DNA from: Stegostoma tigrinum
Lineage: Eukaryota
Direction: 5' to 3'
Length of the DNA stretch: 64,000 bases
NCBI RefSeq assembly: GCF_030684315.1
Contig: NC_081394.1
Coordinates: forward strand, 4,806,163-4,870,162
Shown here: in pieces, positions 35,737 through 49,800 of the stretch
Layout of the letters: each line of letters opens with the position of its first letter
Position numbering within the stretch: position 1 is the stretch's first letter
Program-made: the position numbers and the translations under genes
Notes under the pieces: generated by a model
Told to the model about the DNA's origin: nothing
Database searches by the model: none
Seen by the model: only the letters and a program-made list of their open reading frames with translations

Positions 35737-38065
35737 TTACGAGCTTAAGATTGACGGTGAACACTCGTAACTTGAGAAAATTTGCCTGCGAGGTCATTGT
35801 TTTCTTTCCCCTTAAACGCCAGCGGCAAAAGTTAAAGTAAGCAGGAGAATTTACAACAATTGTTCGTGGGTTTGGGTCACACCTTCAGGAATTATTTGAA
35901 ATTTTAAGTTGAACATTTGAAGCTAAACTGTTGCTTTTTTTAAAAAAAAGAAACATTTCAATCTTTTTTTTCAGTATCGTTCAAAATTTATTTGAGAATT
36001 TTCTGCTGGCTTAAATCTGAAAGTGATCTTCTTGATATATTCTAAAATGGATTTAGAATTTTTGATTCGCCCCTTATGTTTTTTTGGGAATAATTTCAGA
36101 TTCAGGTCAGTTTTAAGTTTGAAAACTATTATAGTAAATTTTAAGGTATCAAAGCTACTAGTAAGAGGATCAACTATTTTGAAGTTTAAGGTTATTGAAG
36201 GAATGTAAAAAATAAATATTGTTCTTCATTCATTCATGGGCGTTACTGGCTGGGCCCAGCATTTACTGTCCCTAGTTGCCCCCCTTGAGAAGGTGGGGGT
36301 GAGCTGCCTTCTTGAGCCGCTGCGGCCCCCACATCCTGTGGTTTGACCCACAGTGCCCCTTAGGGAGGGAATTCCAGGATTCTGACCCAGTGACACTGAA
36401 GGAACGGCGATATATTCCCAAGTCAGGATGGGGAGTGGAGGGGAAATTGCAGGGGGCTGGTGTTCCCCTGTATCTGCTGCCCCTTGTCCTTCCCGATGGA
36501 AGTGGATCGTGGGTTTGGAAGGTGCTGCCTGAGGATCTTTGGTGAATCTCTGCAGAGCATCTTGTAGCTGGTACACACTGCTGCAACTGAGCGTCGGTGG
36601 GGGGGAGGGAGTGGGATGTTTGTGGATGTGGGGCCAATCGAGCCGGGGCTGCTCTGTCCTGGATGGTGTCGAGCTTCTTGAGTGTTGTTGGGGATGCCCC
36701 CATCCAGGGGCAAGTGGGGAGTATTCCATCCCCCTCCTGACTTGTGTCACAGACTCCTTTTCTCACTGCATTGTGGAGGGAGCACTGTAGGGCTGGGCTG
36801 GACATGGTCAGAGGTCACATCGCACTGGGTTATAGTACAATGGGTTTATTCGAAAACACAAGCTTTCGGAGCGCTGCTCCTTCACCTGACAAAGGAGCTG
36901 TGCTGCAGAAGCTTGTGTTTTCAAATAAACCTGTTGGTCTATGAACTGGTGTCATGTGATTTCTGATTTTTGTTCATCCTTTGTGTAATCCTTAAACCCC
37001 GACCCCCCCCACTCACCCAACAGCCTTAACATTTTCTATCAAGCCCCCTCCCAGCCCTGAGACTTTTGTTTTGAGGGAGGGGTGGCAGGGAGAGATTCTG
37101 AAGTGCTACTCCCCCTCTCCTACCCCTCTCTGCGAGTGGGGATATGTTTCCTGACATTTCCCTCCCCTCTAACCTGCCCAGAAAGGGGCTGGTTTGGATT
37201 TGAAGCAGACTGAATTGCATCCCACCCCCATCCCACACTACCCCCAACCTCTCACCTCTCCTCCAACAGCAGAAATAACTTCTCTCCCTTGAACCTGTTG
37301 CATCATATCAATTAGACAGCTGCCAGCAGCAACCCCCCACCCCACCAAATCAAGAACATACACCCCCAGTGCAAGCAATCTTCCTTCTGGTTCCTTCCAG
37401 GAATGGTGATCTTCCTCAAGGTGTCACTAGGGGATGTATGGTCAACTGATTTGTGTCCTTGGCGACGTTACCCAAGAATCTGGAGTAGGTTGGTGAGGAG
37501 CAGGCCCATACGCAATGCGGAAACATGACACAAGGTAGAGAGAGAGAGAGCCGTGCGGAAGGAGTGTAAATAATTACACATTTACAATACCGACGTGAAA
37601 GATTGAGAGAAAGTGAGATCGCGGCCAGTTAAGCGTCATTTGGAGATTGGGGCACAGACGTCTGGCCACGACTTGTGCTGAGATTTTCCCAGAGACTGAG
37701 GGGAATTGAAGGGTGAAAAATGAGCGACGTCCTCCATCATCAGAGAGCATAAAGTCCCAATCTCCAAACGATGGGTGCCAGCAATCTCACTCACCAGCAG
37801 TGAGAGGGTTCTCCGCATAAATCAGCATACATGAGCATGTTGCCACAGTTATTAGCCTACATTAGCATGTATTAGCACGTATTAACATGTGTGCACTACA
37901 ATTGACATACATTAGCGTACATTAGCCTGCAGTCATTACCGAACACTGACTCACTAATATGCAGTTTCCGATGGTCTCTTTCACCAGGTAGAGACAAGAT
38001 GGTGACAATTCCCAACAAGAAGGTTATAATGGGCACCTGATCACTGCGGCTTGTTACTTGCCCAA

Positions 38066-39090
38066 AACCTCACCCTAGTCCCAACCCTAACCCCAACATC
38101 CCAACCCTAACCCCAACCCCAACCCGAACCCCAACACCCTAACCCTAACCCCAACACCCTAACCCTAACCCCAACACCCTAACCCCAACATCCCAACCCC
38201 AATACCCTAACCCCAACATCCCAACCCTAACCCCAACATCCCAACCCTAACACCAACACCCTAGCCCCAACATCCCAACCCTAACCCCAACATCCTAACC
38301 CTAACATCCTAACCCTAACCCCAAGATCCTAACCCCAACATCCCAACCCTAACCCCAACACTCTAACCCCAACATCCCAACCCTAACACCAACACCCTAG
38401 CCCCAACATCCCAACCCTAACCCCAACACCCTAGCCCCAACATCCCAACCCTAACACCAACACCCTAGCCCCAACATCCCAACCCTAACCCCAACATCCT
38501 AACCCTAACATCCTAACCCTAACCCCAAGATCCTAACCCCAACATCCCAACCCTAACCCCAACACTCTAACCCCAACATCCCAACCCTAACACCAACACT
38601 CTAACCCCAACATCCCAACCCTAACCCCAACATCCTAACCCTAGCATCCTAACCCTGACCCCAAGATCCTAACCCCAACATCCCAACCCTAACCCCAACA
38701 CTGTAACCCTAACCTCAACCCCAACATCCCAACCCCAACACCCTAACCCTAACCTCAACCCCAACATCCCAACCCCAACACCCTAACCCTAACCTCAACC
38801 CCAACATCCCAACCCTAACTACAACAGCATAACCCCAAAATCACAACCCTAACCCCAACACCCTAACCCCAACATCCCAACCCTAACCCCAATACTGTAA
38901 CCCTAACCTCAACCCCAACCCCAACATCCCATCCCTAACCCCAACCCCAACATCCCAACCCTAACCCCAACAGCATAACCCCAACATCCCAACCCTAACC
39001 CCAACACCCTAACTCTAATCCAACCCTAAACCCAACCCCAACTCCAACCCCAACCTGAGCCCTAACCCTCAGTGTCACCCTCACCCTAAA
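38066..39090 (-). repeat. Degenerate interstitial telomere-like repeat (CCCTAA/CCCCAA/CATCCCAA)
   Basis: About 1 kb of CCCTAA variants; resumes at 39577-39610 after a CR1 fragment (39095-39575). Confidence 0.85.
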
Positions 39091-39847
39091 CAGTTCTGGT
39101 CTCTGTGTTATCGTAGTAAACTGGAGACGGTTCGGAAGAGATTTACCCGGACGTTGTCGGGAATGAAGGGCGTTGAGTTATAAAGCCAGGCTGGATGGAC
39201 TGGGACATTTTTCACTGGAATGTAGGAAGTTGAGGGGTGACCTTACTCTAAAACCATGACAGGTACAGAGAAGGTTATTGTTTCCCTGGGGAGGAGATTT
39301 CAAGACCAGGGGCATTTCGTTCCAGTGAGAGGAGAGAAATTTAAAGAAAAAATACGAGGGGCAACTTTATTTTACACCGAGAGTGGTGCGTGTGTGGAAA
39401 TTTCAGAGGAAAAGGGGGGCGCCGGTACAGTTACAATGTATAAAAGGCACTTAAATAATTACATAAATACAAAATGTTTGGAGGGACATGGGCCAAGAGT
39501 AGGCAGGTGGGACTAGTCTAGTTTGGAATGATGGCTGGCATTGACTAGATGGACTGAAGGGTCTGTTTCCATGCTCTAACCCTGACTCTCGCCCTCACCC
39601 TAACCCTAATCTATCACCACCACCTGGTACCCCGGACACCCTATTTTGGGCTCACTCCCTGGTTGGGGACACTGCCTCCCCACATTCCTAACATGGTGGC
39701 ATCAGGCATTGGTAGCTGCCTCACTGTTCCATTCTCTACCTCTGCTCGAATGCTAACATTGGGGCCAGAAAGCCACAGCTCATTGCCACCTAGCTTCCTG
39801 ATTGGACTCAGATCTCCTCACTCACTCCCTGGGCACTCATTCACCCT

Positions 39848-40280
39848 ACCTTGGCATAGGCCTGACACCCTGATGTAGGCCTGATACCCTGCTATAGGCC
39901 TGATACCCCGGTGTAGGCCGGATACTCTGGTGTAGGCCGAATGCCCTCGTGTAGGCTGACTACCCTGGTGTGGGCCCGATACTCTGTTGTAGGCCTGATA
40001 CCCTGGTGTAGGCCGGATACCCCGGTGTGGGCCGGATACCCAGGCATAGGCCGAATACCTTGTCGTAGGCCTGATACCCTGGCATAGGCCTGATATGCTG
40101 GCGTGGGCCTGATACCCTGGCATAGGCCTGATACCCTGGCGTAGGCCTGATACGCTGGCGTGGGCTTTACACCCTGGCGTGGGTCGGATACCCTGATGCA
40201 GGCCTGATACCCTGTTGCAGGCCTGATATTCTGTTGTAGGCCTGATACCCTGGTGTAGGCCTGATACCCTGGCATAGACC
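39848..40280 (+). repeat. 19-bp minisatellite, ~22 units
   Basis: Tandem ggcctgataccctggtgta variants. Confidence 0.9.
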
Positions 40281-41972
40281 TGTGTCCCATGTAGTCAGAA
40301 GCTGATGGAAAAGCAGGGGCCTAGCAGTTCCGTGGAGTGTTCACCTGTAGATAGCAAAAAGCTTTTTCCCAGAGTGGGGGACTCAATTACTAGGGGTCAT
40401 GAGTTCAAAGTGAGAGGAGGAAAGTTTAATGGAGATATGCGTGGAAAGTTCTTTACACAGAGGGTGGTAGGTGCCTGAAACGCGTTGCCAGCGGAGGTGG
40501 CAGACGCAGACACATTAGTGTCTTTTAAGATATATTTGGACTGGTACATGGATGGGCGGGGAGCAAGTGGCAGGAAGAAAATAGATGACATGTTAGTCAG
40601 AGGATCTGGATCGGCGCAGGCTTGGAGGGCCGAAGGGTCTGTTCCTGTGCTGTAGGTTTCTTTGTTGGAGCCATGTGGTAGGTTTGTGCTAGAATCATGG
40701 GAGAAGTGGCTGTTCGGTCAGACAGTATGCAGGAGGACATGGGGTGATCCCTGAAGGAATAAATGAAGGGTCATTCTAGCTGTGGGCCAGAGTGTAACGT
40801 TGGTGGGGGGGGGGGGGGGGGGGGGGTGGTGGGAGTTGGGAAACAGGCGACAGAATGTGCAGACACATAAAACAAAAAGCCAGGACTCAGAAAGTACAAG
40901 GCCTAGCGACTGCTGCTCCGGGTAAAGGCTCCTGGGGCCTGTGTTATGACTGGGACAGGAGTGTGTGGTGTGGGAGGATGGGGCGGTGCGGGGGGGCTCT
41001 TGGCCCCCAGAGACCTGTGCAGCAGCCTGTCGAGTAGCTGAGGCCTGTAGGCCAAGGCCTGAAGGATCTAGGCCTCGAGTAGGCCTGGAGTTGGGGTTGT
41101 GGAGGGGGGTTGGGGGGGAGCGGAAATCTTTCCAGCTGGTGGCCTCCCGCTGGTCACGGCCCCTCCTACAACTGCGGCCCCATTTGCCAACGTCAATGAT
41201 GTTGCAGCCCGAGAGTCCCATTGCCCGAGATACGGCACTCCACTGCCCGGGACCTGAGTGCCCAACTCAGAGTGTAGTCACTTCATTGCCCTGTTCACCA
41301 TCAGACAGCTTGACGAAGCGAAGGTCAGAAACCCCTGCAGGGGCTGCACCGATGCCAGCCTCCGACAGTTGCTCTCGGGATTCCTCTGCCAATAAGGGAG
41401 GGAAGGGGGGGGTGCAAGAGTCAGCCCTCCTCGTGCAGCGATGCCCGCCATTTGCCAGCTTGAGCTCTTCTCCCGGGGTGCGGTTTTGTTAGGGGGGGGG
41501 GCGAGGAGAAACAAGCCGATGGGCCAACCCAGCGGCAAGAGGGCGAATGGCCAAGAGGGTTGTGGATTGAAGTAGATCAGGAGAGAAAAGGGGACAGAGG
41601 CAGAGAGAGGGGGTGTGGGGGGAGAATGTGTTTGTCATCGAGCCGCTGTTGTGTTCTGGGACGCGCTGTTTGAAAGGGAACAGATTCTATAGGAACTTCC
41701 AAACAGAAGCAGGATAAGTAGGGGAAGTACCCGAGGGGAAGGATTTGCACAGTTATTGTGGAAGGGCGGTGATGAGATTGGGGCATGGTTTAGAGAGACA
41801 AACGAACTGAATCGATCACAAGGATAGGCAGGACACTTCTGGGCCAAGACCCTGTTATTAAACTCTGAAATGCATGTCAGATTAGCTACGATCTCGGTGG
41901 GGGGTGTAGGGCAGACACCAAGTGAGGCAGCAGAAAAAAGAAAATTTATTCTGAGAATTCTGTTAGAAAACA

Positions 41973-41982
41973 GGGAATTTCC
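41973..41982 (+). promoter_or_regulatory. Consensus NF-kB site GGGAATTTCC in putative intron 1
   Basis: Exact match to GGGRNWYYCC within unique sequence; motif only. Confidence 0.4.
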
Positions 41983-43469
41983 CCCTCGTCTGCATGGGGC
42001 AGTCCCTCATTTGGAGGGAGAAGGAGGTAGACAGAGAGACAGAGACGGAAAAGAAAATCAAAATATTTGTTAAATGCCGAGCAGGCAGGATAAATTTTGC
42101 ACAGTTTCACACCCCCAGCAGAATTCGCTTCCTTTCAGGCCCGATGACAATGAATCACCAAGTTAGCCGAAAAACTCTGCTCCCCTCTCCCTCCCCTCAC
42201 CTGGACCTTTTCTCGATTTTTCTCTGATCCGTGACCCTCGAGCTGACTGACGCTGGGAACAGTATCTCCCTCACTGACTCGATCAAGACACCCCTGCGGA
42301 TTCTTGTCGCTCCCCCAAGTCCGTCTCCCCCCCCCCCCCGCCCCCCGTTAACCTTTCCCAGCTCTGAGGAAGACAGTCCCAGGCTCTCTCAGTCATTTAC
42401 AACTCTGGGAGTGTCCTCCTTAGGGAGGGGAAGGTGGATTGTCGATTGAGAGATTCGAAATCACAAGGGGTCTGGTCAGAGACAAGCAGAACCAACTATT
42501 CCCCTTGAGAACCAGTGTTCACAGCTTTAAGGTAAAGAAGGGGTGATATTTTACCCCAGCAGCTGGCAATACTAGAAGCACCAGATGTCAGAGAAACAGC
42601 CCTCTTGACAGACCATATTTTTCCCTTTGGCTTGCCATTGCGAACAGTCACTAAATATGAAGCTGCTTTAACTAAGCGCACTAAAGAAAAGGATAAAGCA
42701 AAATGACACTTAGATGACAGAATTTGGAAAGATCCTTTTGGAAACAGTAAAGTAAAATGATTCAAGTTTTTTTTAAAAAAGATTCCCAGCAACGTCCTTG
42801 ATAGATACTCAACCCCAGTAAAAAAAAAGTTCCTGTCCATCTTTACTATTTGATTTCTGAGTCAAATGATGAAGCAATGGGCGTTTCACCTGCAGGATGT
42901 GATTTTCTCACTGAGAATGAGAAGAAATGTCTTCACCCAGAGAGTGGGGCATCCTGGGGAATTCTCTGCCACCGAGAGCAGCTGAGGCAAAAATATTGAA
43001 TGTTTTGGAGAAGGAGTTGGATATAGTTCTTCAGATTAATGAGATCAAAGGGTATAGGGGAAAGTGGGAATGGGGGACTGAGTTGGATGATTAGCCTTGG
43101 TGAGGCCATTCCCTGAGCATTCTGTGCAGTTTTGGTCTCCTAGTCTGAGGAAGGACATTCTTGTCATGGAGGGAGTCCAGCGAAGGCTCACCAGACTGAT
43201 TCCCGGGATGGCAGGACTGGCATACAGGGAAACACAGGGCTTGCACTCGCTGAAATTAGAAGAACAAGGGGGGGAATCTCATAGAAACATATAAAATCCT
43301 GATGGGGCTAGACAGGCCAGATGTGGGACGGATGTTTTCGATGTTGGAGAAATCTAGAACGAGGGGTCACCCTCTACGAATAAGGGCTAAGCCATTCAGG
43401 ACTGGGATGAGGAAGAATTTCTTCGCTGTGAACCTGTGGAATACTCTCCCACAGGAGACAGTTGGGGCC

Positions 43470-44570
43470 AACAAAGTGTGGAGCTGGATGAACACAGCAG
43501 GCCAAGCAGCATCTCAGGAGCACAAAAGCTGACGTTTCGGGCCTAGACCCTTCATCAGAGAGGGGGATGGGGAGAGGGTTCTGGAATAAATATGGAGAGA
43601 GGGGAAGGCAGACCGAAGATGGAGAGAAAAGAAGATAGGTGGAGAGGAGAGTATAGGCCGGTAGGTTTGCAGGGGAGTGGGGGATGGCGGGGATAGGTCA
43701 GTTCGGGGAGGACAGACAGGTCAAGGCGGGGGGGATGAGGTTGGTAGGTGGGAAATGGAGGTGTGGCTTGAGGTGCGAGTAGGAGATGGGTGAGAGGAAG
43801 AACAGGTTAAGGAGGCGGGGATGAGCTGGGCTGGTTTTGGGATGCAGTGGGGGAGGAGGAGATTTTGAAGCTTGTGAAGTCCACATTGATACCGTTGGGC
43901 TGCAGGGTTCCCAAGCGGAATATGAGTTGCTGTTCCTGCAACCTTCGGGTGGCATCATTGTGGCAGTGCAGGAGGCCCATGATGGACATGTCATCTAAAG
44001 AATGGAAGGGGGAGTGGAAATGGTTTGCGACTGGGAGGTGCAGTTGTTTATTGCGAACCGAGCGGAGGTGTTCTGCAAAGCGGTCCCCAAGCCTCCGCTT
44101 GGTTTCCCCAATGTAGAGGAAGCCACACCGGGTACAGTGGATACAGTATACCACATTGGCAGATGTGCAGGTGAACATCTGCTTGATATGGAAGGTCATC
44201 TTGGGGCCTGGGATGGAGGTGAGGGGGTAGGTGTGGGGGCAAGTGTAGCATTTCCTGCGGTTGCAGGGGAAGGTGCCGGGTGTGGTGGGGTTGGAGGGGA
44301 GTGTGGAGCGGACAAGGGAGTCACGGAGAGAGTGGTCTCTCCGGAAAGCAGACAAGGGTGGGGAAGGAAAAATGTCCTGGGTGGTGGGGTCGGATTGTAG
44401 ATGGCGGAAGTGTCAGAGGATGATGCATTGTATCCGGAGGTTGGTAGGGTGGTGTGTGAGGACGAGGGGAAGTTTCTTTTAGAGGTTATTGCAGGGGCGG
44501 GGTGTGAGGGATGAGGTGCAGGAAATGCGGGAGACACGGTCGAGGTTGTTCTCAACCACTGCGGCGGGGG
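43470..44570 (-). mobile_element. 5'-truncated Penelope-like retroelement with GIY-YIG endonuclease and 3' terminal repeat / hammerhead (43531-43558)
   Basis: ORF 43807-44355: PCNRRKCYTC...FTCTSANVVYCIHCTRCGFLYIGETKRRLGDRFAEH...PVANHF...EQQLIFRLGTLQPNGIN; inserted in a CR1 fragment. Confidence 0.92.
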
Positions 44571-46763
44571 TGAGGAGGGGGGATGTCTGATCGTTAGATA
44601 TATTCAAGAGGGAACAGGATTTGGCCCTTAGAGCTAAAGGGATTAAAGGTTATGAGGAGATTGGATGCTAAATTGCATGCTCAGCCATGATCATAGGGAA
44701 TAGGGGAGCAGGTTTGAAAGGCCGAATGGGTGCACTTATTTTCTATGTTTCTTATGAATGGAAAGGCAAGCCTTTTTCAAGGTGCACTCCTGCTCCAGTC
44801 TCTATGTTGCACCATCTTTCTCTGCCTTGGCCATTTGGGGAAGGAGAACACAGAGGTTCTTCCTCAGTTGCTTGATGAACCATTGACCTGCACCATCTGG
44901 CTGTCTCTGGGCAGTAAATCCGATCTGAGTAATCACGTCAATTGTTGTCGAACCACATCATTCACAAATCATTTCGCTGAAAGCCGCACAAGTTTGCTTT
45001 CGGAAAATATTTTTGTGACCTAGTGCAAACAAAAAAATAGAGCTTCTAAACTTTTCGAAACCAAAACTCCCTGCCAACATTTGAAAAACCCATTTACCTG
45101 TATTTTACAACTGGTACATTTATAAACCTTCCTCAGCGAGCCAACCAGGCAAAAAACATTTTGATCTGGAGCGCATTGCTTGAGATTCTTAAGAGGGTTT
45201 GACAGGAGTATGTGGGGAGGTCATTTCCCCCTTAAGGGAGAGTGTAGGACAAGGCGGGGTGTAATCTCAGAATAAGGGGTCACCCATTTAAGACAGAGAT
45301 GAGAAAGAATTTCTTTTCTCAGAGAGGAGTGAAGCTGTGGAATTCTTCACCACAGAGGGCTGCAGAGGCTGAGTCGTTGAGTATATTAAAGGTTGAAGTT
45401 TTAGTCAGTGACGGGAATCAAGGGTTGTTGGGAAAAGTCAGGTAAGTGGAGTGAAGGATGATCTGATCTCATTAAATTGCGGAGCAGATTAAATAGGCCG
45501 AATGGTCGACTTTTTAAAAAGGTTTTTAGTTTAGAAACCAGCGCATGACTTATACACATAATGGTAAGATCCTGGGGAGTGTTACTGAGCAAAGAGACCT
45601 TGGGGGAGGGCGGGTTCATAGTTCCTTGAAAGTGGAGTTGCAGGTAGACAGTGCGGTGACGAAGGTGTTCGGTACGCTTGCCTTTATAGGTCAGTGCATT
45701 GGGTATAGGGAGTTGGGAGGGTCATGTTGGGGCTGTACAGGACATTGGTTCGGGCCACTTTTGGAATACTGCGTTCAATTCTGGTCTCCCTGCTGCAGGA
45801 AGGATGTTGTGAAACTTGAAAGGGTTCAGAAAAGATTTACGAGGACGTTGCTGATACTACTGGGTTTGAGCTACAGGGAGAGGCTGGATAGACTGGGGCT
45901 ATTTTCCCTGAAGGTATGGAATGAGCTGCCAGACGAAGTGGTGGGGGCTGGTACAGTTACAGCATTTAAAAAGGCATCTGGATGGAAACATGAGCAGGGA
46001 AGGGTTAAGAGGGATTTGGGCCAAATGCTGGCAAATGGGACTGGATTAGTTTAGGATTTCTGGGTCAGCACGGACGAGTTGGACCGAAGGGCCTGATTCT
46101 GTTCTGTACAGGTCCCAGTATCTATGAAAGGCATCATGTGTCGGCACAGATTTGGTGGGCCGAAGGGCCTGTTCCTACTGTCCTACATTCTGCTGCTACT
46201 TCTTCCCATGGATTTACCACAGTGACTTTCCAAAGAGATTTGAATCGTTATCCAAGGATGAACAGCAGATCCGAGGGGGGCCACAGGGAGGAGGCTAGGG
46301 CATGGGATTGGATGAGTTGCTCTCACAGAGGGCTAGCACAGATATGACATGCCGAACAGCCTCTGTCGGGGCTGGAAATGTTCTATAAAATGAGTCTGTG
46401 CTACCCGACAACATTCCCTCCTTGACCTTTGATTCCCTGATGGCCCAAAACCAAAGGCCTTGGCAGAAAAAAGTATGACACAGATGTATTAACAATTATT
46501 ATTCATGGCACAGGCCCAAAAATGATTGAGGCAGAGTTTTAGCAGCTGCGTCCTAGAAATTAGTTTGACATTCTTCGTAACTTAGTAACTGTTGGGAAAG
46601 GTTCACATGGAAATGGTTTAGACATGGCAGAGAGAGAGAGAGAGAGACAAACGAGAAGCAGCCATTTTGACCTCACGAATGCAGAGCCTGTTTTTGGTAG
46701 GCCGAGAGCCAAGAAAAAGGCCATTGACATTCATTAATACTCCCTTACCCCTTTCTTTCCAGG

Positions 46764-46818
46764 ATGAAGAACTGGCTTTTTGGCCTGCCCCTTCTAGCGA
46801 GCTGCATAACAGTAGCAG
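46764..46818 (+). CDS. ICOSLG: Signal-peptide exon (MKNWLFGLPLLASCITVA-G)
   Basis: Acceptor ccctttctttccag|G at 46762/46763, ATG at 46764, hydrophobic 18-aa leader, donor G|gtgagt at 46818/46819 in phase 1, matching the IgV exon. Confidence 0.85.
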
Positions 46819-49800
46819 GTGAGTTCACTTTACCTCAATTTAGAGGCTTAAGGCTCAATCTGAGGCCTAGCAATATGGGCTGGCACAGGAGACAATTGTA
46901 ATCCGGTATTTTTGTTTTAAAAAGAAGAAGAGGTGCTGGGAATATCTTTAACTCTAAGTCATGAAGTAAATGGCGGGATCCTTTGGCCCGCTGATACACT
47001 GAGGGTTCTTGGGGTCCAAGTTCCCTGAAAGTGGGAACACCAGTGATAAAGTGGTCAAGAAGGCCCGCAGCATGTTTGTCTTCATCGGTCGGGGCACTGA
47101 GTATAAAAGTTGGCGAGTCATATTGCAGCTGTATAAAGCTTTAGTCAGGCCACATTTGGAGTAAGTTATGTGCAGTTCTGGTCGCTGCACTATAGGAAGG
47201 ATGTGACAGCTTTGGAGGGGGTGCAGAAGAGATTTCTCAGGATTTGGCCTGGATTAGCTGTGGAGAGGTTCGGGGCAGGGCTGCGGTTGGACAAATTCTG
47301 ACTGTTTTTTGTTACAGCGTCGTAGACTGAGGGGTGACCTGACAGAAGAATTTAAAATCGAAACCATCAACTTTCCTGCTCCTCTCATGCTGCCTGGCCT
47401 GCTGTGTTCCTCCAGCTCCACACTGTGCTTTCTATGTAAAATTATGGGAGGCATAGATGGGTGGATAGTCAGAATTTTTTTTCCCAGCATGGAATTGTCA
47501 AATACTGGGGGGCACAGAATTCAATTGGAAAGTTTAAGGGAGGTTAAGAGAGAATTTGTTTTACACAGAGGGTGGTAAATGCCTGGAACACTTTGTCAGG
47601 GGAGAAGGGTGTAGAAGCAGACAGAATGGCAATGTTTTAGAGACTTTCAGACAGATACATGTACAGGCAGGGAATAGAGAGATGCGGACCATTTGCAGGC
47701 TGATGGGATTAGTTTAGAATGGCGTCGTGGTCAGCAGAAGACACAGTGGGCCGAAGGGCCTGTTCCTTGGCCATACTGTTCTCCGTTCTCACTGTGATTC
47801 CGAAGATCTGAATCACAACATCATTTTTGTAGCTTCCTGAAGTTGAAAATTAAACAAACAAACAAACAGAGACAGAGATAATGGGAACTGCAGATGCTGG
47901 AGAATCCAAGATAATAAAATGTGAGGCTGGATGAACACAGCAGGCCAAGCAGCATCTCAGGAGCACAAAAGCCGATGTTTCGGGCCTAGACCCTTCATCA
48001 GAGGCCCGAAACATCAGCTTTTGTGCTCCTGAGATGCTGCTGGGCCTGCTGTGTTCATCCAGCCTCACATTTTATTATCTTAAACAAACAGAGACATTTC
48101 ATTGCTGAGAGTAAATTTGACACCGAGCTGCAGAATTAGATATATGTTTGTAAAGGAGGGAGGAGAAAGAGGTAGAGAGGTTGAGGACTACAGAAGGCAA
48201 TGATTCTAATGTCAGGAACTGGGTGGGGGGGATCTCATGCGAGAGGTTGGCATGGAGGGAATGTGTGAAGGACTCATGGAACTCTCACAGAACAGCAGCT
48301 CCTTTCTCTCTCTTTGGGCTCTATCCTATTGTTTACTCCCTACCCCTATTTTCTGTTTTCCCAGCCACCATCAGTTCTGAGGAAAGGTCACCGGACCCGA
48401 AACGTTAACCCTGTTTTCTCCTTCACGGATGCTGCCAGGTCTGCTGAGCTTTTCCAGCGATTTTGTTTTTGTCCAGTTCATACTTGGATAGGGTAATGCC
48501 CTTGGTGAGTCTTAACAAGAAGAGGCATGTTTCCAAACAAGCTTTGCCAAACCTATCAGTGAAGTGCCTCCCCCATTTCGATGCTTCCCAAACAGGGTGG
48601 CCCCGATTTTAAGATTTCAGAGCTGGTGAAACTCTCTGGGTCAGGGGTAGTAAGGGCCAGGCTTGGCTTGGAGCGCTGTGAGTCATCGAGTCATACAGGG
48701 TGGAAGCAGACCCTTCGGCCCAACCAGTCCAGGCTGACCATAATCTTAAACAAAACTAGTCCCACCTGCCAGCTCCCGGCCCATTTCCCTCCAAACCTTT
48801 CCTATTCATGTACTTATCCAAATGTCTTTAAAATGTTGAACCTGTACCTACTTCCTCTGGACATTCATTCCACATACAAACCCAATCTCTGCGCAAAAAA
48901 AAATTCACCTCCTATCTTTCTCCTCCCATCTTAAAACTATGCACCCACGCTTGAAACTTACCCCCACCCAAACTCTAAAGAAATGATCTTTGATATTCAC
49001 CTTACCAAGATTCTTCATGATTTTAGAAACCTCTGTAACCTCCATCTCCTTTGCTCCGGCGAACAAAGGTCCCAGCCTATCCAAGCCCTCCTGAGAACTC
49101 AAACCCTCCACGCGCAGCAAATCATTTCTGAAACCTCTCCAATTTAATAATATCCTTCCCATAGTGGGGTGAGCAGAGCCGCACACAGCAATCTGAAAGA
49201 GGCACCACCGATGTCTCGTACAGCCTCAACTTGACATCCCAACTCCTATACTCAATCATCCAAGCAAGGACTGTGTTCCACCAGCCCAACACTGTGTTCC
49301 TCCAGCCCCACACAGTGTTCCTCCAGCCCCACATTGTGTTCCTCCTGCCCCACACAGTGTTCCTCCAGCCCCACACTGTGTTCCTCCTGCCCCACACTGT
49401 GTTCCTCCAGCCCCACAGTGTTCCTCCAGCCCCACACTGTGTTCCTCCAGCCCCACACTGTGTTCCTCCTGCCCCACACTGTTTCTCCAGCCCCGCCCTG
49501 TGTCCCTCCACCTCCACGCTGTGTTCTTCCAGCTCCACACTGTGTTCCTCCAGCCCCACACTGTGTTCCTCCCGCCCCACACTGTGTTCCTCCTGCCCCA
49601 CACTGTGTTCTTCCATCTCCTCACTATGTTCCTCCAGCTACCCACTGCGTTTCTTCAGCCCCCATACTCTGTTCCTCCAACCCCCCCCACATTGTGTCCC
49701 TCCAGCTCCACACTGTGTTCCTCCAGCCCCACACTGTGTTCCTCCAGCCCCACACTGTGTTCGTCCAGCTCCATACTGTGTTCCTCCAGCCCCACACTGT

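Noticed and set aside
40718-41538. GC-rich 167-175 aa ORFs
   Set aside because: No recognisable motifs or splice structure; expected by chance at this GC content.
43807-44555. Autonomous retroelement or domesticated nuclease gene
   Set aside because: 5'-truncated with no RT domain; an ordinary Penelope fragment.
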